A stretch of 64,000 nt of DNA. Origin: Octopus vulgaris (Eukaryota). Where the stretch lies: NCBI GenBank assembly GCA_951406725.2, contig OX597841.1, positions 7,688,001 to 7,752,000 of the forward strand. Reading direction: 5' to 3'. Within the stretch, counting starts at the first letter, position 1, and the number at the start of each line of letters is the position of its first letter. The notes beneath the pieces were generated by a model. The model did not search any database. It was given only the letters and a program-made list of their open reading frames with translations, and was not told the DNA's origin. This document shows, one piece after another, positions 40,181 through 53,831 of the stretch. Position numbers and translations under genes: made by a program.

Positions 40181-41488
40181 CCACCCCAGTGCATAACTGG
40201 TACTTATTTAATCGACCCCCGAAAGTAAAGTCAACCTCGGTGGAATTTGAACTCAGAATGTAAAGACAGATGAAATACCGCTAAGCATTTCGCCCAGCAT
40301 GCTAACGTTTCCGCCATCTTGCCGCCGCCTTTCAGTTTCTGTCCATCAAATCCACTCACAAAGCTTTGGTCAGCCTGAGGCTATAGTAGAAGACACCTGC
40401 CACACTGTGGGACTGAACCCTGAACCATGTGGTTGGGAAGCAAGCTTCTTATTACACAGCCACTCCTGTACCTATGTGTGTGTGTGTGTGTTTTATTTAT
40501 AGTGAAACAAAGAAGATGTTGGCAAATTAACGTAAAGCACCTCTGTGTAGCTTTGGCTCAGCAGAGTCCTCTGAAAACAAATCAGAAAGGGGTCTTCCTG
40601 GTAACTCAGCTGGTCAGTTCAGCAGTCTGCACAGAATTGAACAGTTGTTCATTAGTGCCGGGTATGTTGCTAATCCATGCTTGTATCAAAAAACCCTATT
40701 TGGTACATTTTGTGTGGTGTAATATTTAGTAAATGAAAATGACTGGCTCAATCGAAAAACATCCCTACACCTGTTTCGACGTATGATTTTATTGCATAAC
40801 TTAAGAGATAACATTATGTGAATTTGTATTGTTACATAAGCAAAGTAGCCAGACAATTTCAAGAGGAGATGAAAGTAGTAACTCTACAGAGAATACTCAG
40901 TAGAGTTGCTTCTCTCATTTCTTGTAGAGATTTTTCTAACTAGCTACTTTGCTTGTTGCAAGATCAGTGACTGATTGTCACATGATTTTTCTAGATGTTG
41001 CGAGCTGGAGGGAATTCCCACTATTTCTAGCAGCCGGGTGTTCACCACTGAACATTGGCACAAATAGCCTGAAACCATTCAGTCTGGTGATCCTGTCATC
41101 TGCTAGAAGACAGTAAGAGTTCGCTCCCCTGATTGCAATATATACAGGGTGCAGACTGCATCAATAAGCAGCTGGAGGAGACTCTTCCTAGGGTTAAAAA
41201 CACTTGTAATATCAAACAGCCATATTGATGTGGTGCTTAACATTTCTTGTATTGTTACATAGCCACCCATTTCTTCAGATGATATTTTGGCCGAATATTT
41301 GGTGGAATATTACCTGAAAATATCCATCTGAATGTTGCCTGAGCAAATGGAATGGTTTTGTTTCGTTACGAATTATATTTACATAAGAATAATGTTCCCA
41401 GTCGTTAGCGCTTCCCCTTAATGAACACCTTGTTGTTATACATAACTAATTGATCCTCTTATACATAAGTAATTATCTGTTTGTCCAG

Positions 41489-41551
41489 CTCTTGAAGAAG
41501 AACCCAGAGGAACGGTTAGGAGGTGGCAAGGATGACTCACGACCCATCAAG
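41489..41551 (+). CDS. RPS6KB: p70 S6 kinase exon (LLKKNPEERLGGGKDDSRPIK)
   Basis: tgtccag acceptor, 63 nt, donor gttggt. Contains the AGC kinase subdomain XI motif (RLG) and is in frame with its neighbours. Confidence 0.92.
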
Positions 41552-41696
41552 GTTGGTCACTGAATTCTTGTTTTCTTTTTACTTTTTTCTTCTTCTTTTT
41601 TTGAGGTGCGGGAGTTGTTATTGCTGCTGTTGTTGTTGTCGTTGTTACTGCTGAAATTTAGCAGTTTACTTGAGTAAGGCTCAAGTGATTATATCA

Positions 41697-41860
41697 GAGC
41701 TCCCTCACTGGTTCATGTGGTCCTTAATTTAAAGATAGGAGGGAGTCTGTTGCAGGAGAGATTTGGTTTTTACATTGAGTAACAAGCAGATGGCTACATG
41801 GAAGCTCCCTCACTGGTTCATGTGGTCCTCAATTTAAAGATAGAAGGGACTCTGTTGCAT
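41697..41860. repeat. Direct duplication of about 58 bp (period about 105 bp)
   Basis: gctccctcactggttcatgtggtcct.aatttaaagatag..ggga.tctgttgca occurs twice. Confidence 0.8.
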
Positions 41861-42829
41861 GAAATGAATTGAAGTCTGTTTTCCCCTTTGTTATTGTACC
41901 ACTCAGCCCAGTGTAAGCCCCTTTTTACTCCATTTCAGTCCTGTTTTAATTCCTCTCCTGTCACTCACCTTCTCGGATGAGAGTCTTCTACTTTCACTTT
42001 TGTTTCATAATATGACAGAAGCAACGAATGAAATGGGTGACATGTGACTTGGCCTTTTGTTGATAGAAGTTCTCATCTTGGAAAAGTCTGCAAAATCAAT
42101 TCGGAAAAATCTATTGTTGTTGTTGTTGTTGTTTTTACTGTATTTCTGTATTTCATTGTAGCTTGTTGTTCTCCTCTCTCTCTCTCTCCCCCTTTTTATG
42201 TGTGTGTATGTCTATAACGTATATATATATACATACATACACATATATATATATACACACACACACATTCACACACTCATACTGCCATACATAAACACAC
42301 ATATATATAAACACACATACATATATATATCATATAGTCACACATACATATCCATCCACCTCTCCCTTTCTCCTCTCTCTCTCTTTCTATATATATGTAT
42401 AGCTCTCTCTCTCTCTCTCTCTCACTCTCTCTAGCTGTTGAAGATAATTGGGGTTGCCGAGGCCAGTCCTATTAAGGTTGGTTGTGTATCTAGCTGTGTG
42501 GCAGTATGTGAATGTGTGTGTGTGTGTATGTGTGTATAGCTTTGTAGATGCGTGTGTAAGTGTTTAGCATTATTGTGGAATATGTGTAGCTGTACAGCAG
42601 TAAGTGTGTGTGTTTGGTAGGTAGAACAACATGGGACTGTGTGCGTAAGTGTGTAGTTGTGTGTGTGCGTGTGTGTGCTTGCAGGTACTGCTTGAACGCC
42701 GTTTATGAATTAGGATGGGGCGTGTGTGGGCATGCCAGGGAGTATATATATATATATATATATATATATAAGTACTGTTAGGTGTGTGTGTGTAGAAGGT
42801 GCATTCCAGATGTTTTGAGACTCTTTTAG

Positions 42830-44050
42830 GAGAGACATTTATTAATTTCAAAGAACTACAACAAAACTCTAACCTCCTTCAAATTAGGGTCCTCTCACTT
42901 CAATGCACTTGTCATTGCAATCCAGCCATTTCATGAAGGGCCCCAGGAAAGTCCTCCGAAGTGAAGGTGTCCAGGACCCTTGTCACAGCTTCTTTCATCT
43001 TTAAAACGACTATTCCCTAAGGTTCTCCTTCAGCTTGGAGACACAAACAAAATTCACAGGAAGCAAGGTCTGGTCTTAAGAGGGGTGTGGGTGAGGGACA
43101 GTTTTGATGTTCATCTCTGTCAAGAATTTGGGTACCATGATGGAATTGTCGATTGGGACATTGTCCTGCTGCTGGCGCTACTGACCCGAGTGGAAAGAAC
43201 TCTGGCCTTTGGCATTCAAATCTCTTCCTGAACCCCCTCAAAACCTCTACAAAGTACTCTTTGTTGATCATCTGGCTAGAGGGAACCCAGTGGATGTAGA
43301 TGAGGCCTTTGCTGTCGAAAAGTGGGAAATCATCATGAGCTTTCTGGTGGACTTGCTTTGCCTGGCCTTCTTTCGGTTTGGGGAACCAAGAGGCTTCCAC
43401 TGGCCTCTCTCTCACTTTCTCTGTCAATCCTAACAGCAGATCCAGCTTTTGTCACAAGTCCCAATAGACTCCATCTTGAATGGCCGATTAAGGGGCTCAA
43501 CCATTTCCCTCCCCTCACCAACATGTCTTTCCTTCTGTTCATCACGGTGTTCCTCAGCAACAAACTTTGCACATGCTCAGATCTTTACGAATAATTCTGT
43601 GTCCAGTTGCCACACCAACTCCAAACTCTATGCTAATTGTCTTTATAGACACACGGCAGTCTTCATCCAGAGAACCGTGCAACCAGCTCAGATGCCCTGC
43701 CCCATTCTCTCATCGTCTCTCACCTCCTCTCCACCTCCACCCTTCTTCTGCCAGCGGAAAACAGATGCTTATCACATACAAGTCATTGCATAAGCAAGCT
43801 GGAGCATTTCATAACGGTTTCTAGCATTTCTGTTCACTTCAACCCCCAAACTTTATTGCATAGCAACCTTCCGAATGGTCTTCACGTCTCGGCCACATTC
43901 TGCAGACAGTGTTTAGCAGGTCACATTCAAAGTGCTGTTACAGGTGTCTCCTTCAATCTGGAAAGCACAAAAAGTGGCAGGTCAGCTTATTACATGGATA
44001 GCGATGATATACTAGATTTACAACAGCCTAGGGAAGTTATAAGTGCCTCT
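42830..44050 (-). mobile_element. Mariner transposon, decayed (S6K intron)
   Basis: Minus strand encodes FDSKGLIYIHWVPSSQMINKEYFVEVLRGFRKRF and PDLASCEFCL (YSPDLAPxDF-like). Boundaries approximate. Confidence 0.85.
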
Positions 44051-44111
44051 TCTGTAAAGGTCTCCACCCTTATGATATGCATCTGGTATGTCAGACAGCC
44101 CTTTATGGTAA

Positions 44112-44328
44112 CCCTTCAGCATTCAGAGTAATCCTATCAAATGTAATCCTTATTAATCCAGATTTTAACAAATTAATCCTACATTATCTTGTAGTTTCAA
44201 AATTTTAAAGATGTGATTTATTTTTAGAATGACAGTGTTGGGTAGGTGTGAAAAGCTGGATCTGGCCAGTTTCAGTGTAAAACAGGTGAATATTTGGGCC
44301 AGATACAGCCAATAGAAATGCTAAAGGG
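44112..44328. mobile_element. piggyBac-type MITE
   Basis: (G)TAA|CCCTTCAGCATT ... AATGCTAAAGGG|TTAA terminal inverted repeats with a TTAA-like target. Confidence 0.6.
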
Positions 44329-44335
44329 TTAATGT

Positions 44336-44396
<61 letters not shown>

Positions 44397-45405
44397 ATTT
44401 GTGTGTGTGTGTGTCTGCCACCAGCACAGGCTTGCATAGCACAGTGTGTGTGTGTGTGTGTGTGTGTGTTTATCACAGTAGTTATCACAGTGTTAATGCT
44501 GTAGATGCCGGAGTGTTATTGTGGTGCACAGAATGTCGGTGATGTAGTGGTCAGAGCAGTGTCAACGTAGTGGTTGTGAAGTATTAGTTTAGTATCCAGT
44601 ACTAGCCTGACACTAACATGCAGAGAAGTGTTAGTCCAGTGTGTTGCAGTGGTGTCGTAGCTAGACTTCCACCCCCACACTCCACCTCCATGCACAAACA
44701 CACACCAATAGACATGGGTTCAGTCCCAGTGCAGGACACCTTGGGTAAGTGTTTTTTTTTCTAAAATACTCACAGGCCAACAAAGACCTAAATGCCTCAT
44801 GAGTGAATTTAGTGAAGGAAACTGTGCAGAAGCCCCTGTGTGAGTGGCACATAAAAAAGGCACTCGTGCCACTTGAAAAGTACTGGTTCTGGTGTCACAT
44901 TAAAAAGCACTGGGGATGGTGCCACATAAGAAGCACCCAGTACACTCTGTGGAATGGTTGGCATTAGGAAGGGCCTTCAGCCTTAGAAACCCTACCAGAT
45001 GAGAAAGCAGAGCCTGGTGGGCCCCCAGCTCCTGTCAAACCATCCAGTTCATCCATGCCAGCATAGACAATGGATATGAAATGATGATGAGGATGAAGCA
45101 CACACGCATCATACTTTAGCCCCTTAACACCTGGCATAAAGCCACCTTCCTCTCTAGAATACTCCCACTGAGCCGACGAGGCTGTTTGTTTGTCATGCGA
45201 GCTACAGGGTGGCTTCACATGTACAAGTGGCACGCGAAGAGCACCCAGGCATTAGGAAGGGTGTCCGGCTGTAGAGACCATGTTTAAAAGACACCTGAGC
45301 TCATCGGAGCCTGTCAGACAGCCTGAAACACCCCAGCATGCAGCACAGACTACAAACGAGGGTAAGGATATACTTATATATACACACACACACACACATA
45401 TATAT

Positions 45406-45472
<67 letters not shown>

Positions 45473-45965
45473 CACACACTGACTGAACTCTGACCTCAAA
45501 ACCATATGGTTGGAAAGCAAACTTCAGAAGCATACACCCATGTCTTCATCTAAAGCATGTGGGTGTGTTCGTGTATACATGTATTGATATACACACACAC
45601 ACACACATATGCACTCATTCACACCGCATGGTTTTAGGTTCATCCCCACTGTATGGCACATTGGGCCAGTGTCTCCTACTATAATATAGAGCCAGCCAAA
45701 GACTTCTGAGATGATTTGGGAGACGGAAACTGTGAGAAACCCATCACATCTATGTCTGTGTGTCTTGTTTGACAGCTTATGTTGCTGTATTTACATCCTC
45801 ATAACTTAGCAGTTCAACAAAAGAGACTGATAAAGTAAGTACTAGGCTTAAAAAAGATATTAGCACCAGGGTTGATTCATTCCACTAAGATTCTTTGAGC
45901 CAGTGCCCCAGCATGGCCGCAGTCTATTGACTGAAACAAGCAAAAGATAGAGAGATAATGAGGGA

Positions 45966-46022
<57 letters not shown>

Positions 46023-47339
46023 AGGTATCTCATGTACAGGGTCTCCCCAAAATATTTCTGCAGACTCTGAATGATTAGAAAGTCTGTGTTTACTAAAATC
46101 TGTTTTGGTTTCCAAAATTTCTAAGAATCTCCACAGAGAATTCAGTTTTTCTCATGAATGCCTGTCTTGAAACTGATCACCATTCCAGTCGTGGCACTGC
46201 AGACGAGAGACAAAATAATGGAATTGAAAACTTCAAGAAACATTTCATTTAATATTTGTGTGCCTTCTTCTTCACTGGTTTGCCCTCACTTCATCAACCG
46301 TTTAACAATTTTCTATCATAAACTGTATTTTTTAAGTATAAAAGCCATAAAAACGTCAAGTGGTCTTAGCTCAATGCTATAGTAGAAGACGTTTACCCAA
46401 GGTGCCATGCAGTGGGACTGAACCCAGAACCACGTGGTTGGGAAGAAAACTCTTACCACTCAGCCATAATAGTTTGTTTTTATGTCATGTTGTAATAAAA
46501 CCAATTTTGCTTTCAACTGAAGGAGTACTCAATACATTTTGTAGAGTATATATTTGTTATACTTTTAGGAGAAGAATGATGGCAGTTACATACACATACA
46601 CATCTTGTTTCAGTCAATTGACTGTGGCCATGCTGGGGCATCACCTTGAAGGGTTCTTAGTTTGGACAAATCAACTCCAGGGCTTATTACTTTTTTTTTT
46701 TTTTTTAACCTAGGACTTATTCTATCAGTCTCTTTTGCCAAACTGCTCTGTTATGGGACTTAAACACACCTGCTTGGGTTGTCAAGCAGTGGTAGGAGAC
46801 ACACACACACGGTGTCTACAAAGGGGTGGAAAGCATATTCAATACTAAAAGTCTTAAGACTGAAAAAATCAGGTTTAACAAGAAACTCACCAGAATTCCT
46901 GAGGCTGATTCTCTGAGTTTCGAGTTAGAAGACAAAATCTGGGAATAGGAGGTGGAAGTGGATGGCTGGTATTTAACGAGTTTCACATTTGATAATTGTT
47001 TTCTGTTAATTTGTTTGTTGTCAGCCTGGAATTTGACTCTGTATATTATTTCTTTAGCCAGACAATTGTCTTGGAATACTTTCTTACCAAATTCCTGTGG
47101 TAATGCACTGCCTTTGTTTCAATTGAATTTGAAAAAAAACAAGTAACGTATTTTCTAAATTAACTTTGTCGTTAATTAATTTTGTGTTTAGAACCTACAT
47201 TAACATGAAATTTTGATTTAAAGTTTTAGATTCACCTTTTTTTATTGAAAATTTGTTTTCCTAAATCCAGTTGTAATGTCATACAGGTTGGTATGGAAAG
47301 GAACCGTTTTTGTTTTGTCTTTTATTCAAACTCTCACAT

Positions 47340-48670
47340 GCAGGTTTCTAATCAGATTCATGGAATCATGTTGCCCAGGTAGGTTTTCGTTGGTGCCATC
47401 TTCAGTATGGATCCTTGATTCACACAAATCTGCGTCCCTCCTGGCCCACCTTGGTTTTCTTGGAGGTGATTCTTAAATCTGCACTTGTTGCCTCCTCATA
47501 CACTCTGGTTGTCATTTGTTGGAGTACTGGACCCTGAAAGGAGCACAATGTCATTGGTATAGACCAGGTTTGTTAGGGGTCTACCCACAGTCCACTGCAT
47601 TCATGCAAACAGTCCATTTATGGCTCACCACAAGACAAAAGCCTATAACTAGAAGAAACAGCAGAGATGACAGGAGACAACCTTGTCTCACTCCTGTGAT
47701 GATGTTGCAGAATTCTGTTCCCGCTTTCAGTTCTCTCACTGCAGCTTCAGTTGGTGTACAGACCCTTAAGGATGGAGGTATAGTAAATGCCTTGCCAGTG
47801 CAGCCCAGCATTTCTCTTGTAAAGGTTTTTTTAGAAATCGATTCAATGACCAGTGGTGGCTGCAATTCTATGCATTTCTCGACAGAGTTTTGCAGTACAA
47901 ACATCTGTTTGATGCATGATCTTCCAGCCTGGAATCCTGCTTGCTCTTCTTTGAATGGTTCATCCAGTGCTTCCTTCAAACATTGTAGCAGGACTGAGCA
48001 GAAGACCCTGCCGGACACCAACATCAAAAGGTGAAGTTGCTGCACTTGTTGAGTTTACCTTTCTTTGGCACCTATGACACTCGTTATCTACTCTTCTGGT
48101 TCTGCTCTGTTTTCCCAACAGGCATCACACAAATTGCTTAGCTCTTGTATCTTGGCAGCATTTCCTCCAGCCGTTCTTTAGCAGTTCATTTGAGATATAA
48201 TCCAGTCCTGGCCTTTCAAATGTTGTGAGAGCCTGGATGACTTCGTCTCCACCGAAAGGGACCCTGCTAACTCCAAACTCTAATGCCACCTGGTCAGCTT
48301 CTGTAATGGTACCAGATGATTCAAGCTCTTTCACACTTCCTCCATTCTTGTCTTTCACCAACTTGTATTGCCTCTGGACCATTCAAATCTTGCACTTCAT
48401 GATAGGTCTCCTGGTAGCATTTCCATTTGCTCTTTCCTCGCCTCCACCCATCTTCCTTTCCTATCCAATGTCTTCTTATCTCTCCTGCGCCCTTTTTCTT
48501 TCTAATACTTCAGCAGCTTTCCACTTGTTTCTGGCCATTTGGCAACTGTGTTTCATTTTTACCCAATCTTTTCTCTTCCTCATTTCTTTCATCTCATCAA
48601 TAAATTCCAAAGTTTTAGCTCTTCTCCATCTTCCCCTTTCACTGCCTCATTTTCTTCGGATGGCAATTGT
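47340..48670 (-). mobile_element. Decayed RTE/BovB-like LINE reverse-transcriptase region
   Basis: EEQAGFQAGRSCIKQMFVL, TGVRQGCLLSSLLFLLVI, PGLDYISNELLK. Confidence 0.8.
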
Positions 48671-48676
48671 CTGGCA

Positions 48677-49150
48677 AATGTATAATCAACATAACAGATG
48701 GTTTAAAGCTCTCTTCAGCCGCATGCAATTGCTACACCAAAGACCTGTATCACATTATGAAAAGCCCGGAATCTACTCAACATTCACTCTATATTGACTG
48801 ATGATACAGTATGGACGGATTTTCAAAGTCCAATAATACCCTGCACACCTATTTGATTATGAAGATTTACAAACATATTTTCCCAGTGAAACTCAATATA
48901 CCTACCATTATAGATAATAGCAAATGTTCCTTTTCGGACTTTTCATAATGTGATACAGGTCTTTGGTGTAGCAATTGTATGCGGCTGAAGAGAGCTTTAA
49001 ACCATCTGTTATGTCGATTATACATTGATGTAAGAATAAGTTGTTTTATAAAGCTTGAAACACGTGTACTGCGACATCCTTTGTGTCCTGTTTTTTATTT
49101 CATTTGATACATATGTCCTCTCACCTCTGCTACCACCTGGCATATACAGG
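48677..49150 (+). mobile_element. Penelope-like terminus: truncated inverted copy plus hammerhead-bearing copy
   Basis: 48677-48771 is the reverse complement of 48931-49026. Hammerhead at 48980-49073; followed by a TA-rich microsatellite. Confidence 0.65.
48980..49073 (+). ncRNA. Type I hammerhead motif with long stem-II loop, in S6K intron (sense)
   Basis: TGCGG-CTGAAGA-GAGCTTTA...TAAAGCTT-GAAA-CACGTG-TA-CTGCG. Stems I and II pair, and stem III is the palindrome ACACGTGT, as in dimer-type Penelope hammerheads. Confidence 0.72.
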
Positions 49151-49279
49151 TGCCTACACTTATCAAGTATTCACCCTGAATTTATTGTAAATATATATGT
49201 GTATATGTATATATATGTGTATATGTATGTATATGTAAATATATATATGTGTATGCATTTGTATGTATGTATGTATGTG

Positions 49280-49312
<33 letters not shown>

Positions 49313-50287
49313 ATGTGCGTTTGTGTGTCTGTATAGTTTCTGATTTAATTTAACTTCTATACACACACCCCCACACACACACACACACATAATTCATGAA
49401 ATTTATGAGTTTTAAAACAGTTTTTCTAAATCTATCACGCTCTTTCTTTCTTTCTCTCCCTCTCTCTCTCTTTCTCTCCCTCTCCTTCCATTCTTTTTAG
49501 CACTTGAAGCGGAACTCTCTGGAGCGTAACGATGCCACGCCCATAAAGGTGGGTGCACTGTTTGTCTTCTTTCAGTCGGCTTCTGCAACCTCATCTGCAC
49601 CACTTTGCACCTCTATTGACAAGCTTGCACGTACACAATAAGCACTGAGCAGGGGTCTGCGTAGGGGATTGATTTGCTAGCAGTAGCAGCAACACTCCAT
49701 CTAATTCCCTCCTTAACAACGTAGAACACTTTAACATATGGAGTCTAAGCTACACTATGCTCGACAAAAAAGATGAGATGTTCATGGCTGGAATGTCTGA
49801 TTCTGGATCTTGTCAAGCATGGCACACCTGGGCTTACAATGACAAAAGACCTCAGCAAAGGAGCTTCGATGTAGTCACATGATTCAGCTAGAAATGGCAG
49901 TGAAATCCCTCTTGAGTCATTTACTTTTCCATATTTGCATGGGTCAGATGCAATCCCCTAAGGGTCGTTTCTCTCTGGCCAGATGCACTTCTTGTTGCCA
50001 AGCTTCACCTATGTCCTAATGGCATGAGAATACCCTTGGCTTTTCAAACAATGAACCAAGCCAGGCAAGATCGTGAGACAGTTTTTCTCTTTCGTTGTTT
50101 GTTTGCAATGATTGCTCAACATGTTCAGACGTTGCCGAAACCCTTGATGTTCTTTTACGGTTGACTGGAGGATAGCACCAACACATATGATCATCGGGTG
50201 GAGGAGGGGTTACAAATCAGCTAACACCCATGAGACAAGAGAGTATGAAATCAAACACACATGCATATATGTATGTGTATGTATATA

Positions 50288-50357
<70 letters not shown>

Positions 50358-50361
50358 TATA

Positions 50362-51023
50362 TAAATGAGTAGAGATCGTTTTTGGAGGGGAATAATTTTT
50401 ATTTTAATGGTAATGTTTACAGTTACTCTAAAGAGTTTCAGGCTTTTCAAACTGAAATTCTGGGGTTTAGAAGGTTGCTTATATAGCAATTGATTTTTTT
50501 TCTAACAAGTATGTAAATAAAAAACTAAAAACTAAAACAGAAAACAAAAAATATAAAAGCAATGATAAAAGGTGGAAGGTAAAGAGTAAGAGGAAGAAGA
50601 CAAAAAGTAGCTGGAAATGGTAGGGAGAAGAGATTAGTCTATGAGGAATAAAGGAACGGAATATTCTTAGGAGTGGTCAAAGATGTTGGGTTCTTGTCAG
50701 AAGATGACCTTTGTGAATCTTTTGATTTGAGGTCATTTTATTCATCTTTCGCAGTTGGTATGGTGTGTCCTTATTTACTCACACACACACACACACACAC
50801 ACAGACACATATACACACCTCTACACACATGTATACAGACATCCACACACACATACATTCGCACATCCACCCACATGCACATAAGTATATGGACAAATAT
50901 CCACACACATACACACGCATAGATATACATATATGCATACACACATACACATGTGTGTGTGTATATATATATATATATACACACATATGCACAGATATAT
51001 ATAAGCAATCATATGCATACACG

Positions 51024-51068
<45 letters not shown>

Positions 51069-51378
51069 TCATACATATACAGCCTCTTACTCTTTTCCTT
51101 TCCACCTTTTTTTCTTTCTTTTTCACTTTTGTTGTACTTTTTGTTTTCTTTTATTATTGTTTTTATATCATTTTTTATATTGGTTTTTATATTTTTTTTA
51201 TTTTCTATTCATATTCTTATAAGAAAAAAAAATCTTTTGCTCTATAAACAACCTTCTAAACCAGAGAATTTCAGTTTGAAAATGGCTATTGAAAAGCTGG
51301 AAACTCTTTGGAGTAACTGTAAACATTACCATTAAAATAAAAATTATTCCCCCACAAAGCCATCTCTACTCATTTTCT
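50362..51378. mobile_element. Inverted pair of pLTR-like repeats separated by unique sequence and microsatellite
   Basis: About 50362-50595 is an imperfect reverse complement of about 51085-51375. The right copy contains the 51272 hammerhead; the left copy has an internal deletion. Confidence 0.6.
51272..51319 (+). ncRNA. Hammerhead motif with U3-A8 core variant, in S6K intron (sense)
   Basis: CAGT-TTGAAAA-TGGCT(ATTGAAA)AGCTG-GAAA-CTC(TTTG)GAG-TA-ACTG. All three stems can form. Confidence 0.55.
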
Positions 51379-51548
51379 CAAATATATTATTCTGCACCAA
51401 GAACTCCATACACACACACATACATATGTATGATGAGAATCAGATATTCTTCGTGTAGAATATACTTTGTAATGCTCAAGGGTTTCAACTGAGCACAGGT
51501 GGAGGAGTAAATGTAGGGGCAAGCATTTGGCTTATCCTTAGATTTACT

Positions 51549-51606
<58 letters not shown>

Positions 51607-52068
51607 CATGTATAAGTATGTGTCCATGTACTTGTGTATATCCATGGGAGTGTATGTGATGTGTGTGTGTGTGTGTGTGTGTATATGTATACACACGCAC
51701 ACACTTGTTCATCTAAGTAAAATTGAGACCCTGAAGCCATGTAGAAAGCGTCCAGTCCACTCTGTGGTGATTGGCATTAAGAAAGCCATCCAGCTTTAGA
51801 AACCATCGCAAAGCCGAGAGTAAAGCTTAGTGCAGCCCTCTGACATGCCAGCTCATTGAACCATCCAACCCATGCCAGCAGGGAGAACGGAGCTTCAATG
51901 ATGAGGATGCTGAGCGTTATATGTACATTATATATAGGTGCAGGCATGGCTGTGTGGTAAGAAGCTTGCTTCCCAACCACATGGTTGTGGGTTCAGTCCC
52001 ATTGCATGACCTCAGGCTGTCCAATGCCTTGTGAGTGGATTTGGTAGACAGAAACTGAAAGAAGCCTG

Positions 52069-52128
<60 letters not shown>

Positions 52129-53594
52129 TGTATGTGTTGTGTGTCTGTGTTTGTTTACCCCACTACTGCTTGACAACTGATGTTGGTGTGTTTAACCACC
52201 CACCCTGTGACTGTAGCGGTGCATGGGGCAAAGGACACTGACAGAATAAACAGGAGGCTTTACAAAACTGAGTGCTAGCTGTGGTCAAGTGAGAGAAAGA
52301 AGTAAAAGATAAGAGAAAAGGTAGGAAGGGCATCCAGCCATAGCAACCCTGCCTAATCAGATTGGAGCCTGGTGCAGCCCTCCTGTTTACCAGTTTCAGT
52401 CAAGTTGTCCAACCCATGCCAGCATGGAAAGCAGACACTACATGATGATGATGATGATGATATATTTATACTTGGGAATGGTCGTATTTTGCCAATTTGT
52501 TTTTCGGTTGAGCTTATTAATATTTTAAGAGGAGACACATGGGATGGAGAGTGACTGAAGAGGTCACAGGATGTGTGAGGAAAGAGCTGAGATGGAAAAT
52601 AATAAGAATGAAGGGAAGAGTGCATTTGGTTAATTGGCAAACATATGACCATCCCCAAGGATAACAATGTCTGTTTCAACACACAATTTCACATCAGGAA
52701 TCTTGTGAAACAATCAAATAAATGTGTGTGTGTGGATAGCTTTGTTAGATATTGTAGAATTCATGTTGACTGCAACTTCGTTTCATCAACCAGTCACTGT
52801 TCTGTTGTCATTCTTTATCTTGCTTAAAAATAATGACTTCATGTTAATTACACACACACACACACACACACACAGGTGTTTGCTAAGCTTGTTACAATGC
52901 AGAAAATGTATTTCTTAAAAGGTTATTGAGAGAGAAAGAGAGAAATCTCTGGCTTCTCATCTCTTGTATTGCATTGTAAAGATCTTCCAGAAGCAAACCA
53001 TTCCTTATGCTGCATTGCTTCGGCCCAAAACCTGCGCTCTGTCATATATGCATGCACAAGTGCCTTTTCTAATCTGTGTTTCTATGTTCATGCTTGCCTC
53101 TGCTTCTACGCGCATTAGATGCTGTCGATAGGCTGAGAGGGACTGACGTTCCTTCCAGGAGATAGATTTTACTTCACTTCGCTTCATCACGCCTTTCCTC
53201 AATTTTTCTGCTGAAATTGGTATTGTTGTTGAGAGATGCACAAGGTCACCTTGGAATGTTACTGTCCTATGTCTGCTTTCCTATCCAAGGCATGTGTGTG
53301 GTGTGTGGTCTCTCTCTCTCTCTACTTTCTATTCTTCACTATTCTACAGACAAAGGACACACAGACACACACTCTCACACACACACACATATATATCTCC
53401 TCACTTTAGCTCTACAATACGACTGCAAGGTGTGTGATGACATTAATGGCCAGGTACCAGCTGATGGTATGGTGATGGTATGGAAGTGATAACATGATTG
53501 TGTATCACAGGATGGTATGGTGATTGGAGGTGGGTGGATGGCTGAAAGTAAGGTGGTAGTACGAGGCAGTATGGAGAGAGAGAGAGTAAGGTGA

Positions 53595-53831
<237 letters not shown>

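Noticed and set aside
40760-40960. Hairpin plus a GAAA-CAGGTG-TA hammerhead half (also weak candidates near 3110, 16697 and 20470)
   Set aside because: The CTGAnGA core or the stems are missing or too degenerate to count.
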